Part shown: positions 1-8,437 of the stretch, piece by piece | Numbering within the stretch: the stretch's first letter is position 1 | Layout of the letters: the number at the start of each line of letters is the position of its first letter | Source: Clostridia bacterium | Lineage (GTDB): Bacteria; Bacillota; Clostridia; Christensenellales; Borkfalkiaceae | Assembly: GCA_028720205.1 (NCBI GenBank) | Contig: JAQYLE010000065.1 | Location: forward strand, 127-64,126 | Direction of reading: 5' to 3' | DNA length: 64,000 nt | Program-made: the position numbers and the translations under genes | The notes under the pieces: generated by a model | What the model was told of the DNA's origin: nothing | What the model saw: the letters and a program-made list of their open reading frames with translations, nothing else | Database searches by the model: none

Positions 1-173
1 TTCGCCTCTTCTCCCCGCTTCCGCGGCTCGCTTCGGCTCTTTAAAGAAAAAACTTTCTCTATTTGCTATGCAGTTGTCAATCTTCTTCTCTAAGAACGGA
101 TTCCGCCGACCACAGCCGTAGAATGTTCCGTTCGCCCCGCTGAAAAAATACTTCTTCAGGCGACAGCCTATAC

Positions 174-202
174 ATAATATCACTTATGAAAGGTAAAGTC
201 AA
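174..202 (-). promoter_or_regulatory. Candidate SigA-type promoter firing leftwards out of the window
   Basis: Minus strand reads TTGACT (202-197), 17-nt spacer, TGaTATTAT (182-174). The A/T-tract block at about 215-270 lies where an UP element would sit. No SD-led ORF lies between the promoter and position 1. Confidence 0.4.
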
Positions 203-303
203 GCGTTTTTTTAAAAAATTTAAAAAAAAATCGATTTTTTTCAATTTTTTTCCGCTTTTATATTTTTGCACTTCCATAAGTCGGGTAAATTAAAGCGCTT
301 GCC

Positions 304-346
304 GAAAAACAGGCGGTTTCGGAATAAAAAACTTTCCGAAGCCGCC
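304..346 (-). terminator. Intrinsic terminator downstream of rubrerythrin
   Basis: 12-bp stem (312-323 / 335-346, one mismatch) with an 11-nt loop, followed on the minus strand by TGTTTTT. It lies about 125 nt past the rbr stop. Confidence 0.5.
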
Positions 347-413
347 CGAATCGACGCCTGAATTGCGTTCGCATGCGTACATAATATAATATATGCTTTT
401 TATTACAATTATT

Positions 414-443
414 ATACGCTTTTTACGGATACGCTTTTTACGG
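414..443. repeat. Perfect 15-bp tandem duplication (ATACGCTTTTTACGG x2)
   Basis: Read directly: 414-428 is identical to 429-443. It lies between the rbr stop and its terminator. Confidence 0.95.
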
Positions 444-469
444 TTTTGAAATTTACCAAAGCGGCGTAA

Positions 470-1006
470 TCAATAGTTTTCGGCAACCACTTCGAAATAA
501 CTCTGCGGATGCGCGCAGGTCGGGCAGATCTGAGGCGCTTTGGTGCCTACTACGATGTGGCCGCAATTTCTGCATTCCCAAACCTTTACCTCGCTCTTTT
601 CAAAGACTTTCGCCGTTTCTACGTTTTTCAGAAGCGCTTTGTATCTTTCTTCGTGATGTTTTTCAATCGCCGCCACCAGACGGAATTTCGCCGCAAGCAC
701 CGTAAACCCTTCTTCTTCCGCGGTTTTGGCGAAATCTTCGTACATATCCGTCCATTCGTAGTTTTCGCCTTCCGCCGCCGCCGCAAGGTTCGCCGCGGTA
801 TCGCCGATGCCGTCCAGTTCTTTCAGCCACATTTTCGCGTGCTCTTTTTCGTTATCCGCGGTTTTTAAGAAAAGCGCCGCGATCTGTTCGTATCCTTCTT
901 TCTTCGCTACCGAAGAAAAATACGTATACTTGTTTCTCGCCTGCGATTCGCCCGCAAAAGCCGCCTGCAAATTCTTTTCCGTTTTTGTTCCTGCATACTT
1001 ATTCAT
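470..1006 (-). CDS. rbr: Rubrerythrin
   Basis: 178 aa. Ferritin-like diiron domain ([26 protein letters not shown]) plus a C-terminal rubredoxin CxxC...CxxC (CRNCGH, CPTCAH). SD GGGAGG lies before the ATG. Confidence 0.92.
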   Translation of the reverse strand: MNKYAGTKTEKNLQAAFAGESQARNKYTYFSSVAKKEGYEQIAALFLKTADNEKEHAKMWLKELDGIGDTAANLAAAAEGENYEWTDMYEDFAKTAEEEGFTVLAAKFRLVAAIEKHHEERYKALLKNVETAKVFEKSEVKVWECRNCGHIVVGTKAPQICPTCAHPQSYFEVVAENY

Positions 1007-1051
1007 AATATACCTCCCGATTGATTTTTATTTTTTTTCGTTCAATCGTAT

Positions 1052-1438
1052 TTAACTTTTACACGCCGAAACTTCTTCGGCTTTATCTTTACATTTTTTG
1101 CAAAGATAAAACAGTTTTAAGTCGTAAGACTCCACTTTTACGCCCGCCTGCCTTGAAAATTCCGCAAGATAGTCGTCCAGCATTACGTCGCTGATCGCAC
1201 CGCACTTTTCGCACACGAGATGATCGTGCCGCAGCATTTTATCGTATCTGTCCGGCTGCCCGTCCATGGGAATTTTACGCACCAGCCCTTCCGCATACAA
1301 CTTATTTAAGGAATTGTACACCGTGGCAAGCGACATTTTCTCGCCGCCTGAAGCCAGTTTCGCGTACATTTCCTCCGCTGTTAAATGTTCGGTGGAGGCA
1401 GATACCAATTTTAAAATTCGTTCTGCGTTCGCCGTCAT
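1052..1438 (-). CDS. Fur-family transcriptional regulator, PerR-like
   Basis: 128 aa. Winged-helix N-terminus (SLATVYNSLNKL), HDHLVCEKCG and LCKKCK Cys pairs. It sits 45 nt upstream of rbr with a Per/Fur-type box on its own promoter. Confidence 0.85.
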   Translation of the reverse strand: MTANAERILKLVSASTEHLTAEEMYAKLASGGEKMSLATVYNSLNKLYAEGLVRKIPMDGQPDRYDKMLRHDHLVCEKCGAISDVMLDDYLAEFSRQAGVKVESYDLKLFYLCKKCKDKAEEVSACKS

Positions 1439-1532
1439 CTTTTTTTCTCTCCTTCTTTTTTTATTCTACCGCGTGTTTTTTTCGCCGTATTTTTCGCTTC
1501 CCCGACGCCTTCCGTCGCCGACGAAATTTATC

Positions 1533-1547
1533 TTAGAATTATTCTAA
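1533..1547. promoter_or_regulatory. Perfect 7-1-7 inverted repeat TTAGAAT-T-ATTCTAA (Fur/PerR-box architecture)
   Basis: Exact palindrome read from the sequence. It has the same 7-1-7 geometry as Bacillus Per/Fur boxes (TTATAATnATTATAA) and overlaps the -10 of the promoter below. Confidence 0.6.
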
Positions 1548-1569
1548 TCGGAAAATGAAATTTTGTCAA
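1541..1569 (-). promoter_or_regulatory. SigA-type promoter of the perR-like/rbr unit
   Basis: Minus strand: TTGACA (1569-1564), 17-nt spacer, TAGAAT (1546-1541), about 100 nt upstream of ATG 1438. Confidence 0.55.
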
Positions 1570-1709
1570 GCGAATTTCGGGTATTTTCATAAAAAATTTT
1601 TCGAAGCGAAAAAAACGGGAACAAAAACACGCAGAATAAGCGCGAAAAACCGCAAAAACGCCGCGTAGCGCGGCGTTTAAAAATTTAAAAACGAATAAAT
1701 AACGTTCCG

Positions 1710-2357
1710 TTACAGTTTAAAACATTTCTGCACGTCTTTATACGAGCCGAGCACCAACAGATGCGTTCCTTCTTCTATCGGCGAATCGAAAGATACCGAA
1801 AGCGACATTTTTCCGTTGATTTTAAACGCCAGAATATTTACGTTAAAACGCTTTCTGATATCGATTTGCCCCACGGTTTTCCCTATCCAGGAGGCGGGAG
1901 GAATCACTTCGAAAATTCCGGATTCGTCGCCGAGTTCGATATAGTCGCTTAAATTATCGGACGCGTAACGTATCGCCGTCCAGTACGCGAGTTGGCGTTC
2001 GGGATACACAACGTTATCCGCGCCGTTGCGTTCCAGAAATTTGCCCTGTACGTCGTTGCACGCGCGGGAAACCACTTTTTTCGCGCCGAATTCTTTTAAC
2101 AGCGAGGTAACTTCGAGGGAAGACTGGAAATCGTCGCCGATCGCCACGATGCACAAATCGAAACGGGGCACGTCCAGCGAGCGCAAAAACTCCGTACGCG
2201 TGCAATCCCCGATGCGCGCGTCGGTAACGTACGGCATAGCGTCGTTAATACGCTCTTCGTTTTCGTCTACCGCAAGCACTTCGTGATTGAGTTCCTGCAA
2301 CTTTTTCGCCGTATTCAGCCCGAATCTGCCAAGACCGATTAACAATACGTTTTTCAT
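1710..2357 (-). CDS. trkA: Trk/Ktr K+ uptake system, NAD-binding peripheral subunit (TrkA/KtrA family)
   Basis: 216 aa from ATG 2357 (SD GGGAGAAAG). Rossmann motif GLGRFG, with TrkA-N plus TrkA-C organisation. The longer ORF-track start at 2423 lacks an SD. Confidence 0.85.
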   Translation of the reverse strand: MKNVLLIGLGRFGLNTAKKLQELNHEVLAVDENEERINDAMPYVTDARIGDCTRTEFLRSLDVPRFDLCIVAIGDDFQSSLEVTSLLKEFGAKKVVSRACNDVQGKFLERNGADNVVYPERQLAYWTAIRYASDNLSDYIELGDESGIFEVIPPASWIGKTVGQIDIRKRFNVNILAFKINGKMSLSVSFDSPIEEGTHLLVLGSYKDVQKCFKL

Positions 2358-2488
2358 GATTCTTTCTCCCGAAATTTTACGTTTCTCTTTGTCGGCAAAA
2401 GCGTACGCCGCAAGCGGGCGCAAATTTGTTATACGTTTGTTATACGTTCGTTCGTAAAAACGTTTTCACCCGCGCATAGCGCCGCTTT

Positions 2489-3847
2489 TCAGCCCACCGC
2501 TATTATTCCCACGGGCAAACGCCCGTCTTCCGTTCTGCGCCCGAACAGCATCGCCGTAAGCAAAGTGAGACCGCCTACGCGCCCGAAATACATTAAAAGC
2601 ATCAATATAATATGAGAAAAGACGCCGAGCGAAGCGGTAATTCCCGTGGTAAGCCCCACGGTGGCGATGGCGGAAGCCGATTCGAACAGACAATCGATAA
2701 CGGGCAACCCTTCCGTAGCCGAAATGACGACGCCGCTGAGAAAAAACAACAGCACGTATAAAAACGCGATAGCCGCCGCGCTTTTCACCGTTTCGTCCTC
2801 GATTCTTCTGCCGAAGCAGCGTACTTCTTTGCGCTTCCTGAATACGGATACGGCAGAGAGCAGCAACACCGCCAACGTGGTGATTTTCATACCGCCCGCG
2901 GTGGAACCGGAAGAACCGCCGGTAAGCATTAAAAGAATGGTTACCGCAAGCCCCGCCTCGCTCATTTCAGAATAATCCACGGTATTGAACCCCGCCGTAC
3001 GCGGAGTAATCGACTGAAACAGCGACGCCCATACCCTTTCGCCGCCCGTAAGCGTTTCTTTCCATGCCTCCGAAGAGAATTCCGCAAAATAAAAATACAG
3101 CGAAGGCACAAGCACCAGAGCAGCCGTGAACGCAAGAACCGTCTTGCTTTGTATACCGTAACGTTTTATATGCCATTTATTGCGCGCAACGTCTTCCCAG
3201 ACGGAAAATCCGAGACCGCCGCACAAGATCAGAAGGCAAAACGTAATATTCAGCATAGGCGAACCCACGAAACTCGTCATCGAAGAAAATTGTCCCGTTT
3301 CCGCGCCCATTAAATCGAACCCCGCGTTGCAATACGCCGATACGGCGTGAAAAAACGAATACCATATCCCTTTCCACGCGCCGAATCTGCCGCAAAATAC
3401 GGGGAGCAGCGCCACCGTGCCCGCGCCTTCCGTGATAAACGCTACGGATAAAATAAATTTCGCGCAACGCCATGCGTCTTTACCGCTTTCGGCGGAAACG
3501 GATTCCAGCATAGACGTCTGCCCGGAAAGGCGCAATTTTCTGCCCGTCGCCACAACGAACGTTACCGCCAGCGTCATTACGCCCACGCCCCCGATCTGTA
3601 TGAGCAGCAATATTACCGCGTGGCCGAACCCCGAAAAAAACGTAGCGGTATCGCGCACCACCAGCCCCGTTACGCAAACCGCGGAAGTGGAAGTGAACAG
3701 CGCGTCGAGAAACGGCATGCTTTCGCCGCTCTTCGTTGAAAAGGGCAACATTAAAAGCAAGCCGCCGATTAAAATCGTCGCCGCGTACCCTAAAATAATG
3801 ATCTGCGACGACGTCAGACGTTTTTTTATTCTGATTTTAGCGCTCAT
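2489..3847 (-). CDS. trkH: Trk/Ktr K+ uptake system, membrane subunit (TrkH/KtrB family)
   Basis: 452 aa, polytopic. Four pore-loop glycine motifs (CVTGL, NAGFD, RTAGFN, ATVGLT). It lies directly upstream of trkA. Confidence 0.85.
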   Translation of the reverse strand: MSAKIRIKKRLTSSQIIILGYAATILIGGLLLMLPFSTKSGESMPFLDALFTSTSAVCVTGLVVRDTATFFSGFGHAVILLLIQIGGVGVMTLAVTFVVATGRKLRLSGQTSMLESVSAESGKDAWRCAKFILSVAFITEGAGTVALLPVFCGRFGAWKGIWYSFFHAVSAYCNAGFDLMGAETGQFSSMTSFVGSPMLNITFCLLILCGGLGFSVWEDVARNKWHIKRYGIQSKTVLAFTAALVLVPSLYFYFAEFSSEAWKETLTGGERVWASLFQSITPRTAGFNTVDYSEMSEAGLAVTILLMLTGGSSGSTAGGMKITTLAVLLLSAVSVFRKRKEVRCFGRRIEDETVKSAAAIAFLYVLLFFLSGVVISATEGLPVIDCLFESASAIATVGLTTGITASLGVFSHIILMLLMYFGRVGGLTLLTAMLFGRRTEDGRLPVGIIAVG

Positions 3848-4079
3848 CGTATCTTACATTATAACGGCGAGCGGCAAAAAGTCAAGCGTTTTCGCCTCTT
3901 GGAAAAATTTTACGGAATTTTTTCCGTTTTTCTCTTTTTACGTTTTTGTTCTTTTGTGAGATGAAACGAAAAAAGCGAAACGGTAATCCGTCCGCCTCGC
4001 TTTTTTCTTTCCCCCCGGTTATCCCCGTTTTTTCAGCCGCCCGCAGCGCGCCGTAGCGCCGAACGCGTCGAAATCCTTT

Positions 4080-4823
4080 TCAGCCGATATTGCCCATGCC
4101 CATACTTTCCGAAAGCGCCGCCGTCTCCTGCCGCGCCTGCCCTTTCGCGCCTTCGCCGCGGAAGGCGTATAAATCGAATTCCGTTTCGATATCGAAGTCC
4201 TCCGCGTTATCGAACGCGGCGAGTTTGGAAATGGAAACCTCGTACGCCGTCATGGTTTTCACTTCGGTTTCGCTTAATTTTTTCTGATATTCGCGGCTTT
4301 GGATGCGCCCGGAAATCGCCACTTTTTCGCCCACGGCAAGATTTTTTACGAACCGCGCGTTACGCCCCCAGGCAATACAGGGAATATAATCCGATTTGTT
4401 ATACGCGCGGTTTACCGCGATTAAAACGTCCGCAATCTCGCGGTTGAACGGCGTGGTGCGGTAGACGGGCGGCTTACAGATATAACCGCTGAGCAGAATT
4501 CCGTTGGGGTTTTTCCCCTCCGTATCGTCCACTATCTCCCTTATGAAAACCGTCAGCATCAGGCGGGATTTGCCGTTTTCCAGTTTATTGTAACTGCGGA
4601 ATTGCCCCGTAGCGGCAATCACCGAACCCTTTTTTAAATCGTGCACGGCAATCAGCCGCTCGCTTACCGTAACGGGCAGAATATCCGCCTGCCCGGAAAG
4701 GCGCATCACGCGCAGATAGAATTCGTAAAATCCCTCCCCGTACACTTCGTGAGAAAACGTTCCGTCCGAAACGATTTCGCCCATCACGTACACTTTGTTG
4801 TTTTTTTCCGCCGCGTAGTTCAT
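4080..4823 (-). CDS. Putative single-stranded DNA-binding protein with tandem OB folds
   Basis: 247 aa. Two OB-like halves (KVYVMGEIV...FSHEVYGEGFYEF...RLSG; ILLSGYICK...). There is no canonical acidic DDDIPF tail, so the family assignment is tentative. Confidence 0.5.
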   Translation of the reverse strand: MNYAAEKNNKVYVMGEIVSDGTFSHEVYGEGFYEFYLRVMRLSGQADILPVTVSERLIAVHDLKKGSVIAATGQFRSYNKLENGKSRLMLTVFIREIVDDTEGKNPNGILLSGYICKPPVYRTTPFNREIADVLIAVNRAYNKSDYIPCIAWGRNARFVKNLAVGEKVAISGRIQSREYQKKLSETEVKTMTAYEVSISKLAAFDNAEDFDIETEFDLYAFRGEGAKGQARQETAALSESMGMGNIG

Positions 4824-4887
4824 TGTGTTTTACCCTCCGTTTTTCTTTTTTGTTTTTTTATTTCGCGGGCGTCAGCCCGTCGATTTT

Positions 4888-5667
4888 TCAAACGCCGCTT
4901 TTTCCTAAGAAAATCTGCCGCCCGTCGCTTTGAATCGCGTAATTTTCGCGGTAGATGAGTTCGCCGATCGGCACGAATTCGTACCCCTTGTTTTTCAGCG
5001 TGGCTAAAATAACGGGCAGCGCCTCCGCCGTATGCAGACCGTTGTTGTGGCAAAGAATAATCGAACCGCTCTTTACGCCGTTAACCACCCTTGTCGCCAT
5101 CTCCGTAGCGGAAAGATTTTTCCAGTCGAGAGAATCCACGTCCCACTGAACGGTGAATAAATTCATCTCTTTCGCCGTATCGATTAAAAGATCGTCGTAA
5201 TCGCCGTAGGGCGGGCGGAACAGTTCCGTTTTTTTGCCCGTGAGGCGTTCGATGGCGGCGGAGGAGGTAGAAAGTTCGCTTTCTATCTGCTCTTTCGAAA
5301 AGGTGCTCATTTTGGGGTGCGTTCGGCTGTGCGTGCCTATTTCGTGCCCCTTTGCCGCTATTTTTTTAACGTAATCCGGGTACTTTTCCACCCAGAACTG
5401 CACCGCGAAAAACGTGCTTTTCACATCGTATTCGTCCATGATTCGCAACAGTTCGTCGGTGTATTCCACGCCCCAGGCGCAATCGAAGGAAATCGATATC
5501 TTTTTATCCTCGCGCTCCACCGAATAAATAGGCAGCGAACGCTTTTTAGCCACCGCCGCAATCACCGAGGGCGCCGCCGCGTTCACCGCAAACACCGCCG
5601 CCAGCAAAACGGCGGCCGCCGCAAATGCGAATATCGTTTTTTTTCTGGCCAGACATATTATTTTCAT
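4888..5667 (-). CDS. Polysaccharide deacetylase (NodB homology domain), signal-anchored
   Basis: 259 aa. Hydrophobic N-terminus and NodB-type blocks (ISFDCAWG, GHEIGTHSRTHP, LFRPPYG, ILCHN). Confidence 0.8.
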   Translation of the reverse strand: MKIICLARKKTIFAFAAAAVLLAAVFAVNAAAPSVIAAVAKKRSLPIYSVEREDKKISISFDCAWGVEYTDELLRIMDEYDVKSTFFAVQFWVEKYPDYVKKIAAKGHEIGTHSRTHPKMSTFSKEQIESELSTSSAAIERLTGKKTELFRPPYGDYDDLLIDTAKEMNLFTVQWDVDSLDWKNLSATEMATRVVNGVKSGSIILCHNNGLHTAEALPVILATLKNKGYEFVPIGELIYRENYAIQSDGRQIFLGKSGV

Positions 5668-5898
5668 GCCGTTCCCCCGTTTTGCGCTTTTATTTTATCG
5701 TTTTTTTCCGCTCGAAATTTCCGCTTTTCGCGCTTATTTTAAAAAGTTTTGTCGAAAACGCTTTTTCGTGTTGTTTCACGCCGCGCCGTTCAATCGCCCT
5801 TTTTGCTATTGTATTCTTTCCGCCGCGCGATTATTCTTTTTTTCGTCGCTTTTTCTTCCTCGTTCGCAAGCGGCAAAAAATCAAACGTATCTAAAACG

Positions 5899-5927
5899 TT
5901 GACATTCCTTTAACATTGTGATACAAT
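5899..5927 (+). promoter_or_regulatory. SigA-type promoter of the ABC exporter operon
   Basis: TTGACA (5899-5904), 17-nt spacer, TGaTACAAT (5919-5927). Confidence 0.5.
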
Positions 5928-5956
5928 GCAAAGCAGAAAAAAAGCGGAGGCACGGC

Positions 5957-6763
5957 ATGACGGAAAACGAACAACTTATTTCCGACGGCGAAATCGCCAT
6001 GCGCGCGGAAAACCTGACAAAGACGTTTCGACTTTCGGCGAAACAGCAAAAGCGTGAAAAAACGCAGAACAAAACGAAGGTGGCGGTAAACGGACTTTCG
6101 TTTACCGTGAAAAAGGGGGAAATTTACGGATTGCTCGGCCCCAACGGCGCGGGGAAAACCACTACTTTGCGCATTTTGTCCACATTGATAAAACCGGATA
6201 GCGGCGACGCGTACGTCAACGGATACAGCGTAACCAAACAAGCGGAAAAAGTGCGCGGCGGAATCGGATTTTTAACCAGCGAATTGAAACCGGACGAATT
6301 CTTCACGTCTTCGTATCTGTTCGATTTTTTCGCCGATCTTTACGGCATGAACGAACAAAAGCGCAACGAACGCAAGCAGATGTTGTTTGAACGTTTCGGT
6401 ATCGATCGCTTTTCCGAAACGAAGATATCGGATCTTTCCACGGGCATGAAGCAAAAAGTTTCCATTGCCATTTCTCTGGTGCACGACCCGGATTTTATCA
6501 TCTTCGACGAGCCGACGAACGGGCTGGACGTTTTAACGGCGAAAACGGTAACGGATTTTCTGCTGGAAATGAAAAACAACGGCAAAACGGTGCTCTTATC
6601 CACGCATATCTTTTCGCTGGTGGAAAAAATATGCGACCGCGCGGGCATTATCATCGACGGAAAAATGGCGCGGGAAGGCGAAGTGAAAACGCTGACGAAA
6701 GAAAAGAATTTAGAGGAAGTTTTCTTTGATTTATACGCTTCGTTGAAGGGGGAAGAACGGTGA
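5957..6763 (+). CDS. ABC transporter ATP-binding protein (NatA/ABC-2 type)
   Basis: Start taken at ATG 5957 (SD GCGGAGG). Walker A GPNGAGKT, signature LSTGMKQK, Walker B IIFDEP. Confidence 0.9.
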   Translation: MTENEQLISDGEIAMRAENLTKTFRLSAKQQKREKTQNKTKVAVNGLSFTVKKGEIYGLLGPNGAGKTTTLRILSTLIKPDSGDAYVNGYSVTKQAEKVRGGIGFLTSELKPDEFFTSSYLFDFFADLYGMNEQKRNERKQMLFERFGIDRFSETKISDLSTGMKQKVSIAISLVHDPDFIIFDEPTNGLDVLTAKTVTDFLLEMKNNGKTVLLSTHIFSLVEKICDRAGIIIDGKMAREGEVKTLTKEKNLEEVFFDLYASLKGEER

Positions 6764-7914
6764 AAACGATACTTACCATTATCAAAAAAGAATTTTTCCG
6801 CGTATTTAAAGACAGGCGGCTGTTACTTTCGCTGATTCTGCCGGGCGTTCTGATTTATTGCATTTATTCGGTGATGGGCGACGCGATAGGCAATCTTTCC
6901 CAACCCGACGAAACGCAGACGTACAAGGTGGCCGTAATTGATCTGCCCGATTCGTTTCAAACAACGTTTTCCTCCGCCCCCAACGTAAGCGTTCAGGCGC
7001 AGGAAAACAACGAGGAAGCCGTGGAACAGGCCAAAAAACAGATCAACGAGGGTTCGCTGGATTTACTTCTCGTGTTTCCCGCAGAATTTAACGAAGATAC
7101 GCTTTCCTCCGCGCCGCAACAGATAACGGCATATTATTCCGAGGCGGAAAAAAATTCGGCGGCGGCGTTCTCCGTCGTATCCGCCCTGCTGTCGCAAAAG
7201 CAACAGATAACTTCCAACTTCGCGCTGATTCCCGCGGACGTCGCTACCGAAAAGGATATGTCCGGCATGCTGCTTTCGATGGTGGCGCCCCTGCTGTGTA
7301 TCGTGTTCCTGCTTGCGGGCTGCATGTCGCTCGTGCCGGAATCCATCGCAGGGGAAAAAGAACGCGGCGCGTTCGCCACAATGCTGGTTACGCCCGTCAA
7401 GCGCAGGGCAATCGCCTTTGGAAAAATCGTGGCCCTTTCCGCCGTATCGCTGATTTCGGGCGTGTGTTCGTTTACGGGATTGGCGTTATCCCTGCCCAAA
7501 ATGCTGCAAAGCGACGAAACGGGCGTATCGCTTTCCGTATCGTCGTACGGGGTTACCGATTATCTTATGCTGTTTCTGATAATAATAAGCACGGTGCTTG
7601 TCATCGTGGGGCTGATGTCCGTTCTTTCCACGCTGGCTAAAAGCGTAAAAGAGGCGAACAGTTACGTGGGGCCTTTAATGCTTGTTGTGATGGTGGCGAC
7701 GATGGCGAATATGTTCCTCGGCGAAAAAATCGGCGCGTGGGCGTATTTTATCCCCGTGTTCAACTCCGTTAAAGCGATGGGAGACGTATTCGCGTTTACT
7801 TACGCGCCGTGGAAAATTCTCGCCACGATTTTTTCAAATCTGGCGGTAGCCGCCGCCCTCTCGTTTGCCCTCGCAAAAATGTTCGACAGCGAAAAAATCA
7901 TTTCCGGCACCTGA
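6760..7914 (+). CDS. ABC-2 family permease (NatB-like)
   Basis: 384 aa. GTG start overlaps the upstream stop (GTGA). One N-terminal TM, a large loop, then a cluster of C-terminal TMs. Confidence 0.8.
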   Translation: MKTILTIIKKEFFRVFKDRRLLLSLILPGVLIYCIYSVMGDAIGNLSQPDETQTYKVAVIDLPDSFQTTFSSAPNVSVQAQENNEEAVEQAKKQINEGSLDLLLVFPAEFNEDTLSSAPQQITAYYSEAEKNSAAAFSVVSALLSQKQQITSNFALIPADVATEKDMSGMLLSMVAPLLCIVFLLAGCMSLVPESIAGEKERGAFATMLVTPVKRRAIAFGKIVALSAVSLISGVCSFTGLALSLPKMLQSDETGVSLSVSSYGVTDYLMLFLIIISTVLVIVGLMSVLSTLAKSVKEANSYVGPLMLVVMVATMANMFLGEKIGAWAYFIPVFNSVKAMGDVFAFTYAPWKILATIFSNLAVAAALSFALAKMFDSEKIISGT

Positions 7915-8082
7915 AAATATAACGCGACGCGTTAAAAAAAACAAACTTGCGTTTTTTGCCGCGGATAACCGTTTCGGTTAATTTTGTCATATGCTGTTAT
8001 AGAGGAAAACTACGTTTTCGGCGGAATGAAGGAAACGAAAAATTTTTCCGCGGCGTTTTTTACGGCATTTTACGCCAAAAGT

Positions 8083-8111
8083 TTGACATTTGATTTTTTC
8101 CCTGTTATAAT
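8083..8111 (+). promoter_or_regulatory. SigA-type promoter of the mgtE leader
   Basis: TTGACA (8083-8088), 17-nt spacer, TGtTATAAT (8103-8111), about 327 nt upstream of the mgtE ATG. Confidence 0.55.
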
Positions 8112-8117
8112 GTAAAT

Positions 8118-8141
8118 ACAGCAGAAAAAACAGCAGAAAAA
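8118..8141. repeat. Perfect 12-bp tandem duplication (ACAGCAGAAAAA x2) at the predicted transcription start
   Basis: 8118-8129 is identical to 8130-8141, read directly. Confidence 0.95.
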
Positions 8142-8214
8142 GCGCGCGAAAAAAAACGTCTTTTTCCGTTTAAAAATCCGAAAACAAGAAAAAATTTATA
8201 AGGAGGAACGAGCC

Positions 8215-8298
8215 ATGGACGACCGAAGTAGAGGCGACGATAAACCCGGACTATCTTGTTGCGGCTCGCGCCCTTCTTACGAAACGCGAAACTCGTAA
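8215..8298 (+). CDS. Candidate 27-codon leader ORF in the mgtE 5' leader (MDDRSRGDDKPGLSCCGSRPSYETRNS)
   Basis: Very strong SD (AAGGAGGA, 7-nt spacer) before ATG 8215, with TAA at 8296-8298. It is too short for the ORF track and I have no homology evidence. Confidence 0.3.
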   Translation: MDDRSRGDDKPGLSCCGSRPSYETRNS

Positions 8299-8437
8299 CG
8301 CACCGTATTCCCGCGGAAAAAGCCAATCGCCATAGCGCGGCGCGGTTTTTTTCCGTGCGCGGAAAACGCGTTGAGCCGTTTAAAAATTTTCCGTAGACTC
8401 GCCGCCTTTCTTTACGCCTTTGCGCAAAATAAGAAAG

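Noticed and set aside
77-277. 66-aa minus-strand ORF at the left end.
   Set aside because: It has no SD. Its 5' half is made of homopolymeric A/T tracts (K/F/L runs), and a good promoter lies inside it. I treat it as non-coding, with low certainty.
8112-8437. Expected M-box (ykoK) riboswitch upstream of mgtE.
   Set aside because: I looked for the conserved GUUAGGUGAGGCUCC and ACAGUGCUAAA blocks on the plus strand and did not see them. This cannot be fully excluded without cmscan, so it is reported as an open question instead.
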